This document shows positions 26,670 to 37,120 of a stretch of 64,000 bases of DNA, piece by piece. Under the pieces are notes generated by a model. The model was not told the DNA's origin. It saw only the letters and a list, made by a program, of their open reading frames with translations, and made no database searches. Within the stretch, counting starts at the first letter, position 1, and every line of letters begins with the position of its first letter. Made by a program: the position numbers and the translations under genes. The DNA comes from a virus (lineage: Duplodnaviria; Caudoviricetes), in IMG/VR virus record IMGVR_UViG_3300046678_000420, positions 25,948-89,947 of that record; one strand, given 5' to 3'.

Positions 26670-27542
26670 ATGAGGCTCGTTCGCGGCTATGCCGGAGTAC
26701 TGAGCGCAACGTTTATGACGGACGAAACCCCGATCGATGCCGGGGCGGTCACGGTCACAGTTACTAACGCGGCTGGCGTGGTTGTGGCGTCGGGTGCCGC
26801 ATCGACTCCGAGCACGGGGATCTACACGTTTCCCATGGCTCCGCTAACCGCCCTCGGGCCGTTAGTCGTTAGCTGGGTTAGCGCGACGCTAACGCAGACA
26901 ACCACCGCTGAGGTGGTCGGCTCAACCCTGTTTGCTTTGCCTGACCTGCGGGCTTCAGACCCCGCGTTCTCTAACACCACTAAGTTCCCTACGGCCGCCC
27001 TGGCGGCGGCGAGGGATGCGGTAACGGACGAGTTCGCCCGCATCTGCGGACGCTCCTTCATCCCGCGAGGCAACACCTACACGGTAACGCTCGACAACAC
27101 GGGCTATGTCCTATTGCCCGATGCCGACCTCACGAAGGTGGTTAGCGCATCGGTCGATGGCGTTACGCAAACGGGCATGACCACTGACCCTATCGGGCTG
27201 GTCTACGGGCTTCCGACTATGCAGGCGCTAACGCTGCAAGAGCTTTGGAGCGGGGCGATAGGCTCCGGGGCTCCCGGCCCCGGTTTGTGCGTCATCACAT
27301 ACGAGTACGGGTTTACTCAGGTCCCTAACGACCTTTATCGGGCTGCGATTCAGCGCGGCCGGTTCATCCTCGCGGCTATCGCGTCGGGCATCCCCGACCG
27401 CGCAACGTCATTCGTGGCGACCGAGGGCGGATCGTTCACTCTGGCGACCCCGGGGTCTGGGGTTTGGCAGACCGGCATCCCTGACGTTGACGCAGTGCTG
27501 GCCCGATACACCATCGCGCCTAAGGGCGTGGTCGTGGCATGA
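26670..27542 (+). CDS. Head-tail adaptor-like protein
   Basis: Position after the capsid gene; TGIPDVDAVLARY C-terminus typical of actinophage adaptors. Confidence 0.65.
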   Translation: MRLVRGYAGVLSATFMTDETPIDAGAVTVTVTNAAGVVVASGAASTPSTGIYTFPMAPLTALGPLVVSWVSATLTQTTTAEVVGSTLFALPDLRASDPAFSNTTKFPTAALAAARDAVTDEFARICGRSFIPRGNTYTVTLDNTGYVLLPDADLTKVVSASVDGVTQTGMTTDPIGLVYGLPTMQALTLQELWSGAIGSGAPGPGLCVITYEYGFTQVPNDLYRAAIQRGRFILAAIASGIPDRATSFVATEGGSFTLATPGSGVWQTGIPDVDAVLARYTIAPKGVVVA

Positions 27543-27961
27543 GCACTAACGCGTTGCTCGTCAAGGCTGCCATCCAGACCGCTTTACAGCAGTCGGCCGG
27601 CCTGGTGGACGTGCCGATCATCTGGGGGCCCGACCCGAGACACCAGCCTCAGCGCTGGATTCTCCTCGGGCAAATCCACTGGGATCACGAACGCTGGGCC
27701 ACGAACAGGTCCAAAGAAGAGACGTTCACTATCGACCTGATCTCAGAGGTAATGCTTACTGCCTCTACGGCGTTCGACGCCGAAACTCAGGCCGCTGAAC
27801 TCTCAGGGATTGTCGAGGACATCGTCAAGGCATCCCCCGGCTTCGGGCTCTCCGGAGTCGTCACATCCATCTACAGCCCTGGGCGGCTGCTCTCTTTTCC
27901 CGCTGATGACCGCTGGGTTGGCCAAATGCACGGCGAACTCAAAGTCACAGCCCGCGACTAA
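27539..27961 (+). CDS. Head-closure / tail-terminator protein
   Basis: Synteny, size and ATGA coupling. Confidence 0.6.
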   Translation: MSTNALLVKAAIQTALQQSAGLVDVPIIWGPDPRHQPQRWILLGQIHWDHERWATNRSKEETFTIDLISEVMLTASTAFDAETQAAELSGIVEDIVKASPGFGLSGVVTSIYSPGRLLSFPADDRWVGQMHGELKVTARD

Positions 27962-27976
27962 CGGGGGGTTCTTACC

Positions 27977-28354
27977 TTGTCTCAGGTCCTCTACACGGGC
28001 CCGCTGGCTGGCGTCGTGACGCCGGACGGCACCGAGTTTCCGAAGGGCGTTCCGGTCCTGGTCTCTGACGAGCTGGCGGCGTCGCTTCTGCTTCAGACCT
28101 TCGTCGATGCGACTTCGACCCCGGCGGCTACGACCGCTACGACCGACACCACCACCACGGCGCCTACGCCGGCCGCGAGCTTTACAGCTCCCGCCGCGGT
28201 TCCGGCCCCGGCTCCCGCTCCCGCCCCGGACCCGACTCCGGCGGCTCCCGTTGCGGACCCGGCTCCGGCTGCGCCTGCTCCCGATCCGACTCCGGCCGCT
28301 GCGCCGGACCAGACCGCGACCGTCCTTGCTCCGGTTAGCGGGGTGACCGCGTAA
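27977..28354 (+). CDS. Small virion-associated protein with Pro/Ala/Thr low-complexity tail
   Basis: YTGP..G.PV.VSDELAASLL followed by PAPAPAPDPTPAA repeats. Confidence 0.7.
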   Translation: MSQVLYTGPLAGVVTPDGTEFPKGVPVLVSDELAASLLLQTFVDATSTPAATTATTDTTTTAPTPAASFTAPAAVPAPAPAPAPDPTPAAPVADPAPAAPAPDPTPAAAPDQTATVLAPVSGVTA

Positions 28355-29337
28355 TGGGCACGTACACAGTTCATGACAGTTACCTCGGCATGTCGGCGGA
28401 GACGACCTACGCGACCGGCGTTGCCGCGTCCCGGTTCTTCGAGTTCGAGACGGAATCCATCACCGGCAAGTACAACCGCATCGACTCCAAGGCGGCGCGG
28501 GCCGGTACCCGCGTGCTGCGGACCGACCGGTGGGCCCCGAACCCGAAGGGCGCGGACGGCTCGATCAAGCTGGAAGTCCTGGACTCCGGGTTCGGCCTCC
28601 TGCTCAAGAACATGCTTGGCGCGGTGTCGCTCGGCATCGTGACCGGTGGCTACACGCCGATGACGTTCACCATCGGTTCTCTCCTGGGGATCTCGTCCAC
28701 CTGGCAGGTTGGCCGGTACAGCACGGACGGCTCTCTGACGCCGTTCACGTACATGGGCGGGAAGTGCCACAACTGGGAGCTTCAGTCCGCCGTTGACGGC
28801 ATCCTGGGCCTGACCCTGAATATCGACTTCGCTACGGAGACGATCGGCGCGGGTTCCGGCGCCACTGCCCTGTCTACTCCGACCTACCCGACCGGCGCGC
28901 AGCTCTTCACGTACATCGGTGGTTCGGCCACCGTGGCGGGGACGCAGTTCGCCGTGCATGACGTGATGGTCAAGGGCGACAACAAGCTGAAGGTTGACCG
29001 GTACTTCATGGCCAACAACGGCGTGAAGAAGGAGCCCCTTGAGCAGGAGCTTCGCGCGATCAACTGGGAGATGAAGGGCGAGTTTGACGGGATCGCTCAG
29101 TACAACCGGGTTGCGTCCACGACCAACGCCGGGGCTACAGCGTCCATCGTCATGAACTGGGCGACTCCGCAGGGCGGCGCGCTTCAGGTCACGATCCCGA
29201 ATGCTCGTTTCGACGGCGGCGCTCCGCACGTGGACGGCATGAAGATTCCCGAGATCTCGTTCACCGGCCTGGCTCTCGATGACGGCACGCTTCCGCCTAT
29301 CAGCGTGGTTTACACCACGAAGGACGCGGCGCCCTAA
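28354..29337 (+). CDS. Major tail tube protein
   Basis: ETTYATGV..RFFEF..ES motif; beta-rich, 327 aa. Confidence 0.85.
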   Translation: MGTYTVHDSYLGMSAETTYATGVAASRFFEFETESITGKYNRIDSKAARAGTRVLRTDRWAPNPKGADGSIKLEVLDSGFGLLLKNMLGAVSLGIVTGGYTPMTFTIGSLLGISSTWQVGRYSTDGSLTPFTYMGGKCHNWELQSAVDGILGLTLNIDFATETIGAGSGATALSTPTYPTGAQLFTYIGGSATVAGTQFAVHDVMVKGDNKLKVDRYFMANNGVKKEPLEQELRAINWEMKGEFDGIAQYNRVASTTNAGATASIVMNWATPQGGALQVTIPNARFDGGAPHVDGMKIPEISFTGLALDDGTLPPISVVYTTKDAAP

Positions 29338-29853
29338 GTGCCGTACCAGGCTGGCCAGGGCCGGGGCAGCCAGTTCACTAGTAGGTACTCCAACGACTTC
29401 AGCCAGAAAATCCAGGTCGAGGGCCTGTATGAATTCCTGGCGCAAGTCAAGACCACGGCCCCGCAAGTTGTGGGGCAGGTCTCGGAGACAAACAAGTTGG
29501 CTGCCGACATGGTGAAGGACGCGGCCAAGTCGAAGGCGTCCGGCCTTGGTGGCGTCGCGAATAAGGCTGCTGGGTCGCTGGCGACGTCGAAGGCCACACG
29601 GCAGGCGTCCGTCCGGCTCGGCATGGGAATGGCCTTCGCCTTCGGTGCCGAGTTCGGCGCCAAGAGATACAACCAATTCAAGCCGTGGCGCGGCAATCAG
29701 TGGGTGGCCGGTGACGGCCCCGCTAGTGGCGTCGGCTACTTCCTGTATCCCGCGATTCGCGAACAGCGCGCGGACGTAGAGCGCATCTACATGGCTTCCA
29801 TGATGCGGCTCATGAGAGAAGCGGGCTTCCGGGTCAACGACCTGGCGGAGTAG
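29338..29853 (+). CDS. HK97 gp10-like tail-completion protein
   Basis: IQVEGL..FL, YA-like AFGAEFGA, YFLYPAI. Confidence 0.6.
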   Translation: MPYQAGQGRGSQFTSRYSNDFSQKIQVEGLYEFLAQVKTTAPQVVGQVSETNKLAADMVKDAAKSKASGLGGVANKAAGSLATSKATRQASVRLGMGMAFAFGAEFGAKRYNQFKPWRGNQWVAGDGPASGVGYFLYPAIREQRADVERIYMASMMRLMREAGFRVNDLAE

Positions 29854-29927
29854 TACCGCGGTTCGCTTTACAGCGCCCCGCCGGCCAAGTGTCGGCGGGG
29901 CTTCCTACTTTCAAGAGGAGTCCCCCT

Positions 29928-30236
29928 ATGTCTGAAGTTCTGAGCCTTGACCCCGAAGACCTGAGCATTGGCGACCTCGAAGACTTCGAGGAGATCACCG
30001 GCCAGGCGCTCACTGAGGCGCTGAAGTCGCGTCCCGTGCTCGACGCGGACGGCAATCGGACGTTTGACGAGAAGGGCCGCCCCCTGTCTGAGGCGCAGCT
30101 CTCGGCGAAGGTCATCAAGGCGCTGGTCTTCCTGGTCAAGCGTCGTGACAATCCGGCTTTCACGCTGGAGGACGCGCGGCATGTCCGCATCTCCGATCTG
30201 AAGTTCGCTGAGGCGGACGCGGAGGGAAACGGCTAA
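29928..30236 (+). CDS. Tail assembly chaperone (gpG-like)
   Basis: Precedes the tape measure gene; ends with the slippery heptamer G GGA AAC. Confidence 0.85.
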   Translation: MSEVLSLDPEDLSIGDLEDFEEITGQALTEALKSRPVLDADGNRTFDEKGRPLSEAQLSAKVIKALVFLVKRRDNPAFTLEDARHVRISDLKFAEADAEGNG

Positions 30237-30388
30237 AGCTGGACCGGCTTAAGGAATGGGCATTGCTGGCCCGTTTCTACGGCTGGACCCCAGCACAAAT
30301 ACGGGGGCTAACGCTGTCCGAGTACCGGGTGTTTCTCGGGTATGCGGAAGCGCTACGGGATTCGGGGGTAGACCGTGGCGGCTGGTGA
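30224..30388 (+). other. Programmed -1 frameshift site and gpT-like extension
   Basis: GGGAAAC at 30224-30230 is in phase; the -1 frame reads RLKLDRLKEWALLARFYGWTPAQIRGLTLSEYRVF...GGW*. Confidence 0.85.
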
Positions 30389-33299
30389 GAAGATTCTCCG
30401 CGTCATCATCGCGGGTGACGCGCTCGGCGCGGTCGGCGCGCTTGAGTCGCTGTCTCACGGGCTTGAGCGAGCACATAGCGAGGCGGACACTCACGGCGGC
30501 GGGATCATGTCGTCTATGGGCGGTGCCGCTAAGGGCATCGGCCTTTTCGCTGTAGGCGCGGCGGCGTCGCTCGGGGCGGTAGCGGCCGAGATCTACCATC
30601 TCGGCTCGGGCTACGAGCAGAACCTAAACGCGATTCAGGCCTTCACTCATTCGACTAACGATCAGATGAAGTCGCTTGAGTCTCAGCTCTACTCGCTGTC
30701 GCCAAAGTTCGCGCAGATGGGCCAGACCGTTAGTGACGGCTCGCAGGCCCTTTACGAGCTGACTAAGGCGGGCGCGTCGTCTAAGGACGGCATGGCGGAA
30801 CTCGTGCCGACTATGGCTCTGGCTAAGGCGACGAACACGGATTACTCCGAGTCCGCTAAGGAGATGACGCGGGTCCTTGACTCGTTCGGCCTTAAGGCGT
30901 CGGACGCATCGACGGTTGCGGACGTCCTGACGAATGCCACTCACACGAGCACGCAGACGCTTCAGGACATGGCCGATGGCCTGAAGTACACATCCGTCGC
31001 GGCGCATGACTTCGGCATTGACCTTCAGACGACGGCCGCCGTTACTGCCATGTACGCGAATGCGGGTATTCAGGGCACGCAGGCCGGTACGGCATTCCGT
31101 CAGATGCTTCTGAACCTGTCGGCTCCGACGAAGCAGGCCAAGGACGCAATCAAGGCCATTGGCCTTCAGGCGTTCGATGCTCAGGGCCACATGAAGCCGC
31201 TGTCAGACATCTTCCAGCAGTTGCAAGATAAGTTCGGCAAGGGCCTGGACACCCATAGCCTTGAGAAGATCGCACCGGACCTTAAGGCGATATTCGGGGC
31301 CCGTGGCGTTGAGCCCATCATGGCCGCCATCAAGCAGGGCGGCGGAGGCCTTGACCAGTACATCAAGCTGATGAACCGGACGGGCGAGGCGAGCGCGATT
31401 GCGCAGGCCAAGAGCAAGGGCCTCTCGGGTACGTTCAACATGCTCAGTGCCACCATGGAGTCCGCCGCACAGCACTTCTATATGCAGGTTGGCCCGAAGC
31501 TGGCAAACTTCCTGGACCCGTTTGTGGAGGCCCTTCCGGGCTACCTGTCGAAGGCGGCGAAGTACGGGCAAGAGATCTGGACTGCGCTTTCCGATCCGGG
31601 TAAGGCCGCGAAGGGTCCGGATGGCGGAAGCGGTTTCACGAAGGGCCTTGTTGAGGTCGGCAAGGTCGTGCACGGCGAGGTGCTTCCGGCCCTCGGCGAG
31701 ATAGGCCGCTTCGTGAAGTCGGACGTTATCCCGGTGGTTGTTCAGTTCGGGAAGATGTTCGCCACTCAGGTAGTTCCGTTTGTGGCTCGCGTGGCATCCG
31801 ACATAGGCCGGATGCTGATTCCGATCCTGCGGGATGTCGGCCGATTCGTAAAGACTGAAATTGTCCCTGCGCTGAAGCAGTGGGGCGAGTTCGTTTCTAC
31901 GGTCGTGATTCCGAAGATGGAACTTATCTGGACGAAGGTCCGCCCGATTCTGCAAATGCTGGCCGACTACATCCAAAAGAAGGTCGTCCCACTTCTTTAT
32001 TGGGCGTTCGAGCAGATGAAGCCGCTCATGAAGGATTTCGAGGCGCTGATCTCGCAGGTCCTTGACGCGCTGGCCTCGCTCTACGGATTCCTGGCGCCGG
32101 TGATCAAGTGGCTGATTGACACTTTCGGCGGCCCGCTGATCGACGTGGTTAAGGGATTCCTTCTCGGCGTGTTCCAGATGGTTAAGGGCGTGATCGAGGT
32201 AGCGCTCGGACTTCTCGATTTCCTGAAGGGGATTTTCACCGGCGACTGGGGGAAGATCTGGCACGGACTGGCCGAGATCGTCTCTGGAGTCTTCAACTTC
32301 ATTGTTGGACTTCTCCGGGCGGTAATCTTCGGCAAGATTGTGAAGATATTCGTCGAGGGCGGAAAGCTTTTGATGGATGCCATCGAAGCGCCTTTCGAGT
32401 GGATTGCCGCACGGGTCGAATCTTTCGGCTCGGATATAGCCTACGGTTTTACGCGGCTGAAGCAGGTTGCCGGAGCGATTTGGAAGACGCTTTGGGATGA
32501 CGCGACTTCGCTTCTTTCTAACGCCATGAAGTCTATGAGCGACAATGTCGTGCGGATCGGTGCGGATATCCTGAAGTGGTTCCAGGATTTGCCGGGCGAA
32601 CTGGGTCGGCTTCTCGCGAACGCCGGACAGTGGCTTATCGACACCGGTACGAAGCTGCTTACCGGCCTGAAGAATGGCCTCCTCTCCGGCGTGAAGGCGG
32701 TCTATTCGTGGTTCACCTCGGATCTGCCAACCGGGGTGAAGGGCGTCCTTTCGGACGTTGGTTCGTGGCTCGAAGACTCCGGCCTTCACATGATGGAAGG
32801 CTTCATCAAGGGCATAGAGGATATGGCCGGGAAGGTGAAGGATTCGGCCGTGGGCGTCGTCAAGGGCGCCTATAACGGGGTGAAGTCCTTCCTAGGCATC
32901 AACAGCCCTTCGCGCCTGTATACGGAGGTCGGCGGGCACACGGGTCAGGGCTACGTCAACGGAATCGCGGCCAAGACACAGGCAGTCCATGACGCAGTGG
33001 TGGGCATGGTGACTGTGCCGGCCAACCGCTTTACAGCGGCCTTCCGTCAGCAGCAGCAGACCGCGACCACGGCGGCGGCAACGGCCGCCAGGAACGCCGG
33101 TCAACTGTGGGCCTCTACCGGAGTCGGCGGCCCGGCTCAGCCGGCCGGAGGCTTTACAGTGCCCGTCACTATCAACGTGGCCGGGAGCATCCAGGCTGAG
33201 CGGGATTTCGCTCGCACCATGTCTCAGTCGATCCGAGACGAGATCCGCCAGATAGCCCGCCGTAACGGCGGCAAGACAGGCCTTACGGGGGCCTTCTAA
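30375..33299 (+). CDS. Tape measure protein
   Basis: 974 aa, helical and Ala/Gly-rich, TP901-type core (AGIQGTQAGTAFRQML), W-spaced repeats, GINSPSR. Confidence 0.95.
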   Translation: MAAGEKILRVIIAGDALGAVGALESLSHGLERAHSEADTHGGGIMSSMGGAAKGIGLFAVGAAASLGAVAAEIYHLGSGYEQNLNAIQAFTHSTNDQMKSLESQLYSLSPKFAQMGQTVSDGSQALYELTKAGASSKDGMAELVPTMALAKATNTDYSESAKEMTRVLDSFGLKASDASTVADVLTNATHTSTQTLQDMADGLKYTSVAAHDFGIDLQTTAAVTAMYANAGIQGTQAGTAFRQMLLNLSAPTKQAKDAIKAIGLQAFDAQGHMKPLSDIFQQLQDKFGKGLDTHSLEKIAPDLKAIFGARGVEPIMAAIKQGGGGLDQYIKLMNRTGEASAIAQAKSKGLSGTFNMLSATMESAAQHFYMQVGPKLANFLDPFVEALPGYLSKAAKYGQEIWTALSDPGKAAKGPDGGSGFTKGLVEVGKVVHGEVLPALGEIGRFVKSDVIPVVVQFGKMFATQVVPFVARVASDIGRMLIPILRDVGRFVKTEIVPALKQWGEFVSTVVIPKMELIWTKVRPILQMLADYIQKKVVPLLYWAFEQMKPLMKDFEALISQVLDALASLYGFLAPVIKWLIDTFGGPLIDVVKGFLLGVFQMVKGVIEVALGLLDFLKGIFTGDWGKIWHGLAEIVSGVFNFIVGLLRAVIFGKIVKIFVEGGKLLMDAIEAPFEWIAARVESFGSDIAYGFTRLKQVAGAIWKTLWDDATSLLSNAMKSMSDNVVRIGADILKWFQDLPGELGRLLANAGQWLIDTGTKLLTGLKNGLLSGVKAVYSWFTSDLPTGVKGVLSDVGSWLEDSGLHMMEGFIKGIEDMAGKVKDSAVGVVKGAYNGVKSFLGINSPSRLYTEVGGHTGQGYVNGIAAKTQAVHDAVVGMVTVPANRFTAAFRQQQQTATTAAATAARNAGQLWASTGVGGPAQPAGGFTVPVTINVAGSIQAERDFARTMSQSIRDEIRQIARRNGGKTGLTGAF

Positions 33300-33347
33300 T
33301 AACGGGGGGAGGTCGGGGCTCCGCGCTATGCGCGGGGCCCCTTCTGT

Positions 33348-36300
33348 ATGTCTACAACTCTTGGTGTTCACATCGGCTGGGATGCGAACCTTCCGGACCA
33401 GTACGTCAAGTACAGCGACGTGTCCGGCTACGTGACGCAGGTGGATACGCAGCGGGGCCGCTCGACGGAGCTGGACGACATCCAGACCGGTACCGCAACC
33501 GTCGCGCTCGACAACTCGGACGGCCGGTTCACTCCGGGCCGCGCCTACGGCAAGGAACTGCTTCCCGACAACATTCGGACCTCGACCGGTTGGACCAGCC
33601 ACAGCACGGGGTTCACGGGGGGAACGAATACGACCCTGAGTTCTGCATCCGCGCACACGCTGTCGTGGACAGCCAGCCTCAAGGCCGTTGTGTCCGCAGG
33701 GGTGGCGGGAAACCGCATCGTCCGGACTTCGACTGTCCCAGTGACTCCAGGACTCCAGTACCGGGCCTCGGCAATGTCGATGGCGCTCACGGGGACGCTT
33801 CAGGCTCAGATGGCAATCCGGTTCTACGACTCTTCCGGGAACGACCTCGGCAACGGCACCGACTACGACACGACATGGAAGCAGTACGCGGACGTCGTCC
33901 GCGCATCGATGCCGGTGGCCTACCACCGGATGAACGACGCCGGAGGCAACTCCTGTGCCCCGACTGCGGGGCGGGACCCGATGGTCACGTACAACGTGAC
34001 GGCTGGCGCCGCTGGCTCCTCGTGGGCCGCTGGCGGCACCGCTTCGGCAGGCGCGTTCAATGGCACGTCTTCCGTTGCGGAGCCTTGCGGTATCCCCCTG
34101 GCGACTGTCGTGAACAACGCCGCGTCGGCCGGGGTATCTTCGGTCGAGTTGTGGTTCAACACCACCACCCCGGGCGGTCTTCTGGCCGATGCCCCTTCGG
34201 CGCTGATGGCTAGCGGTGGCTACAACCCTCCCGTGCAGTACACCATCAGCAGCGCGGGCACTCCGGTGACCGGCGGCGCGCTGTTCCCTGTGGCCTACAT
34301 CGGCACGGACGGCTACCTGTACTGCCAGCAAAACGGGTACATGGCGAGCCCGCCAAAGAGCACATTCCCGGTTAACGACGGCCTTTGGCATCACCTGGTG
34401 ATTGCTGGCAGTGCTTGTTACCTCGACGGGGTTCAGTTCGGCACGGGGACCGTGAGCCTTTCGCGCCCAGTCCTCGGCTATGTGGACTTCTCCGCCTCTG
34501 CGCCGTCGGGTGCGTGGGTCGCTAAGCCGACTACGGGCTGGTTCAAGGGCAGCATGGCCGATGTGGCGCTGTACCGCCACGCGCTGACGCCTCAGACAGT
34601 CGCAGACCACTACCGGCATGGCGTGGCAGGGCTCCGTCCCGTGCAGTCCACGGGCAGCGCGTACCCACTCCCGTGGGGGCTCCTCACCAGTGGGGTCACC
34701 GCGCCGGCGAATGCCTTTACAGCGGCCGTTGAAGTCGTCACCGGCAACGCGGGGACGTTCTACTTCGACTCGTTCTCTCTGCGCACGGTCTCACCGTTCT
34801 ACGGCCGTATCCGGCCGCGTCGGCGGGTCCGGATCTTCGCCACGACCGGACAGAACTTGATGCCTCCGGGTATGAACCTCGGCTATCAGACGTACAGCGG
34901 CATCCCCGCTGGAGTGGATGACAACGAAACCGGGACGTGGATTCTCGCGAGCGGGACGAACCTTTCGTTTGACCCGTCGAGCGGCGTGACAACGTATGCC
35001 GCTAACTCGTCGTCGGTTTCAGGGCTCTCGCTCTATGGGCCATCAGGCAACGGGATTTCGGTCCCGTGGATGTTGCTGCCCGGGAACACGTACACCTTCC
35101 AATGCCAGGTTGCATGCTGGCGGTTCGCTGCGAACAGCACAGGCGTAACCATCGGCATCAACACGACCGTGAACTCTCAGCCGGGTTCTTCGACGTACTT
35201 CAACGGCTCGGTACCGACTCAGCACATCACCGTGGGCGACGTGTCTTGGAAGACGGTTTCGTGGACGTTCACGATCCCCACGACCTACACGCAGCCCGAA
35301 TTTCTGCTCACGGTCTTCACCAGCGAAACCGTGTCCTCGGGCACGACGTTTGGATGGCAAACCGCCCTCAGGAACCTTCAGCTCGTCGATGTGACCAACG
35401 GCCAGACCATCCCGGCCTATCAGGCCGGTGACGCCACCATGCCCGTGTTCGTGGGCGTGGCGGACAAGTGGGAGAGCACCACGGAGTACGACCAGGTTGC
35501 GCAGATGCAACTGTCGTGCTCGGACATGATGCGGGCTCTCGGCGAGTCTCAGATGTCAAGCGCGCCTCAGTCGCTGGGCTTCCGACCTGACTGGAACTGC
35601 ATAGGCTCCTGGGACCTCAGCCAGCAACTCGACCTAAACGGCGACTGTGCGAATGTCGCCCCCAATCAGCTATTGGGTACGGCTCAGGTCTACTCGGCTA
35701 ACACCGCGTCCGTGAGCAACATGTTCATTAGCGAGGCTCCGAACGTCAGCCTTCCGGGGCGCTATCTTCCCCAGGGGAACGGCGGCATCAACTTCCAAAC
35801 GGCGCTATGCCAGTACTTGCTTTCATTCGGGAAGCTTCCGGCTAAGGGCTCGGTCGAGTTCTGGTTCCGGCCGTTCAACAACGCGGGGACTAACGACGTC
35901 TGGAACGGCGGCGACAACCTGATCTGTGGGTCAGGGCCTTTCTTGAGCATGTATATCGGGTCCGGCGGGGTTGGCCAGGTGTCGTGTGGGTGGAACGGCC
36001 GTAAGGCCACTTCGACTAACGTCGCGCCGGGTTCCCCGGCGAACCTGATGACCCGTGGTGGCCACGTGGCTATGGAGGTCATCACCTCGGGCGGTGCGTC
36101 GCCCACGGCTTCGGTGCAGGTCTTCTACAACGGGATATCTGTCGTCTCGTCTAGCGGCGAGTCGTTCGGCCCGGTCGCCGAGCAGTACAACGGCCACTCT
36201 TCGGCGTTCTCGATCGGCGGTGACCGAAATTTCACCGACCCGATTTCGGGGGTTTCGCTGGCTCAGTTCTGTGGCGAGGTCTATTCACCGGCCATGTACG

Positions 36301-37109
36301 GCAACACCGGTATGGACTGGGCTACCAGGGTCAACCTGTTCTCTGTCTCGGTTGGCTTTGCCGTCAACACTCCGGTGAACAACGGCAGCGTCATCAGCGC
36401 GACGCAAACCCAACTGCCTTGGATTGTGGCCGCTTCGGGCATGACGTTTCCGCTCACGGTCGGGTCTGCATCCTCGCCCGCCGATGTGCCGATCTTCAGC
36501 AGCGGGACCGGTCTTGACGCGTTCAAGACGCAGGCCGCTCAGACCATGGGCATGGTCGTGTTCAATCGGTACGGCGCCTTGTCGATCCAAGACAGTTCGT
36601 TCCGGCAGTCCGGGAACGACGTGTATTCGTTCGACTGCACGGGGGCTACCGGGCCGGATAGCGCAATGCTGTACGTGAATGACATCGACCGGACATGGAC
36701 TTCCGTTCAGCTTAACGGAGATGACGGATCGACCACGTGGAACAGCTTTGCCGGGTGGTCTCAGTACGGGTGGCATCAGCAGGCGCAGACCGTTCAGAAC
36801 TACACAGCCGCGACCGGCGGCTATGCGTGGGGCTTCCTGGCGAACTATCTGCAACCGACTGCACGAATCGACTCGGCGACGTTCACCGTGGCCAACAACG
36901 CTCTGGCTGCCACGGCGCTGTTGGTGGATATCGGTTCGCACGTTCAGTTCCTCGACCTCCCCGACAACGCCCCGGGAGACGGCCCCTATGGGGCCTACAT
37001 GTGTTGGGTGGAATCGGTGAAGGTCACGGCGCAAGCCCAGGGCGGCGTGATCGTGCCAACGGTTCAGATCACGCTTTCCCCGGACTTCACCTATGTACCG
37101 ATCATGTAA
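33348..37109 (+). CDS. Large minor tail / receptor-binding protein with carbohydrate-binding and LamG-like domains
   Basis: N-terminal RGRSTELD..GTATVALDNSDGRFTP; VAYHRMND..SVELWFNTT..NDGLWHHLV LamG-like motifs. Confidence 0.85.
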   Translation: MSTTLGVHIGWDANLPDQYVKYSDVSGYVTQVDTQRGRSTELDDIQTGTATVALDNSDGRFTPGRAYGKELLPDNIRTSTGWTSHSTGFTGGTNTTLSSASAHTLSWTASLKAVVSAGVAGNRIVRTSTVPVTPGLQYRASAMSMALTGTLQAQMAIRFYDSSGNDLGNGTDYDTTWKQYADVVRASMPVAYHRMNDAGGNSCAPTAGRDPMVTYNVTAGAAGSSWAAGGTASAGAFNGTSSVAEPCGIPLATVVNNAASAGVSSVELWFNTTTPGGLLADAPSALMASGGYNPPVQYTISSAGTPVTGGALFPVAYIGTDGYLYCQQNGYMASPPKSTFPVNDGLWHHLVIAGSACYLDGVQFGTGTVSLSRPVLGYVDFSASAPSGAWVAKPTTGWFKGSMADVALYRHALTPQTVADHYRHGVAGLRPVQSTGSAYPLPWGLLTSGVTAPANAFTAAVEVVTGNAGTFYFDSFSLRTVSPFYGRIRPRRRVRIFATTGQNLMPPGMNLGYQTYSGIPAGVDDNETGTWILASGTNLSFDPSSGVTTYAANSSSVSGLSLYGPSGNGISVPWMLLPGNTYTFQCQVACWRFAANSTGVTIGINTTVNSQPGSSTYFNGSVPTQHITVGDVSWKTVSWTFTIPTTYTQPEFLLTVFTSETVSSGTTFGWQTALRNLQLVDVTNGQTIPAYQAGDATMPVFVGVADKWESTTEYDQVAQMQLSCSDMMRALGESQMSSAPQSLGFRPDWNCIGSWDLSQQLDLNGDCANVAPNQLLGTAQVYSANTASVSNMFISEAPNVSLPGRYLPQGNGGINFQTALCQYLLSFGKLPAKGSVEFWFRPFNNAGTNDVWNGGDNLICGSGPFLSMYIGSGGVGQVSCGWNGRKATSTNVAPGSPANLMTRGGHVAMEVITSGGASPTASVQVFYNGISVVSSSGESFGPVAEQYNGHSSAFSIGGDRNFTDPISGVSLAQFCGEVYSPAMYGNTGMDWATRVNLFSVSVGFAVNTPVNNGSVISATQTQLPWIVAASGMTFPLTVGSASSPADVPIFSSGTGLDAFKTQAAQTMGMVVFNRYGALSIQDSSFRQSGNDVYSFDCTGATGPDSAMLYVNDIDRTWTSVQLNGDDGSTTWNSFAGWSQYGWHQQAQTVQNYTAATGGYAWGFLANYLQPTARIDSATFTVANNALAATALLVDIGSHVQFLDLPDNAPGDGPYGAYMCWVESVKVTAQAQGGVIVPTVQITLSPDFTYVPIM

Positions 37110-37120
37110 GGGGGGGGGTC

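Noticed and set aside
37110-37118. Run of nine G residues before the lysis cassette
   Set aside because: It is intergenic and overlaps the RBS; there is no evidence for phase variation.
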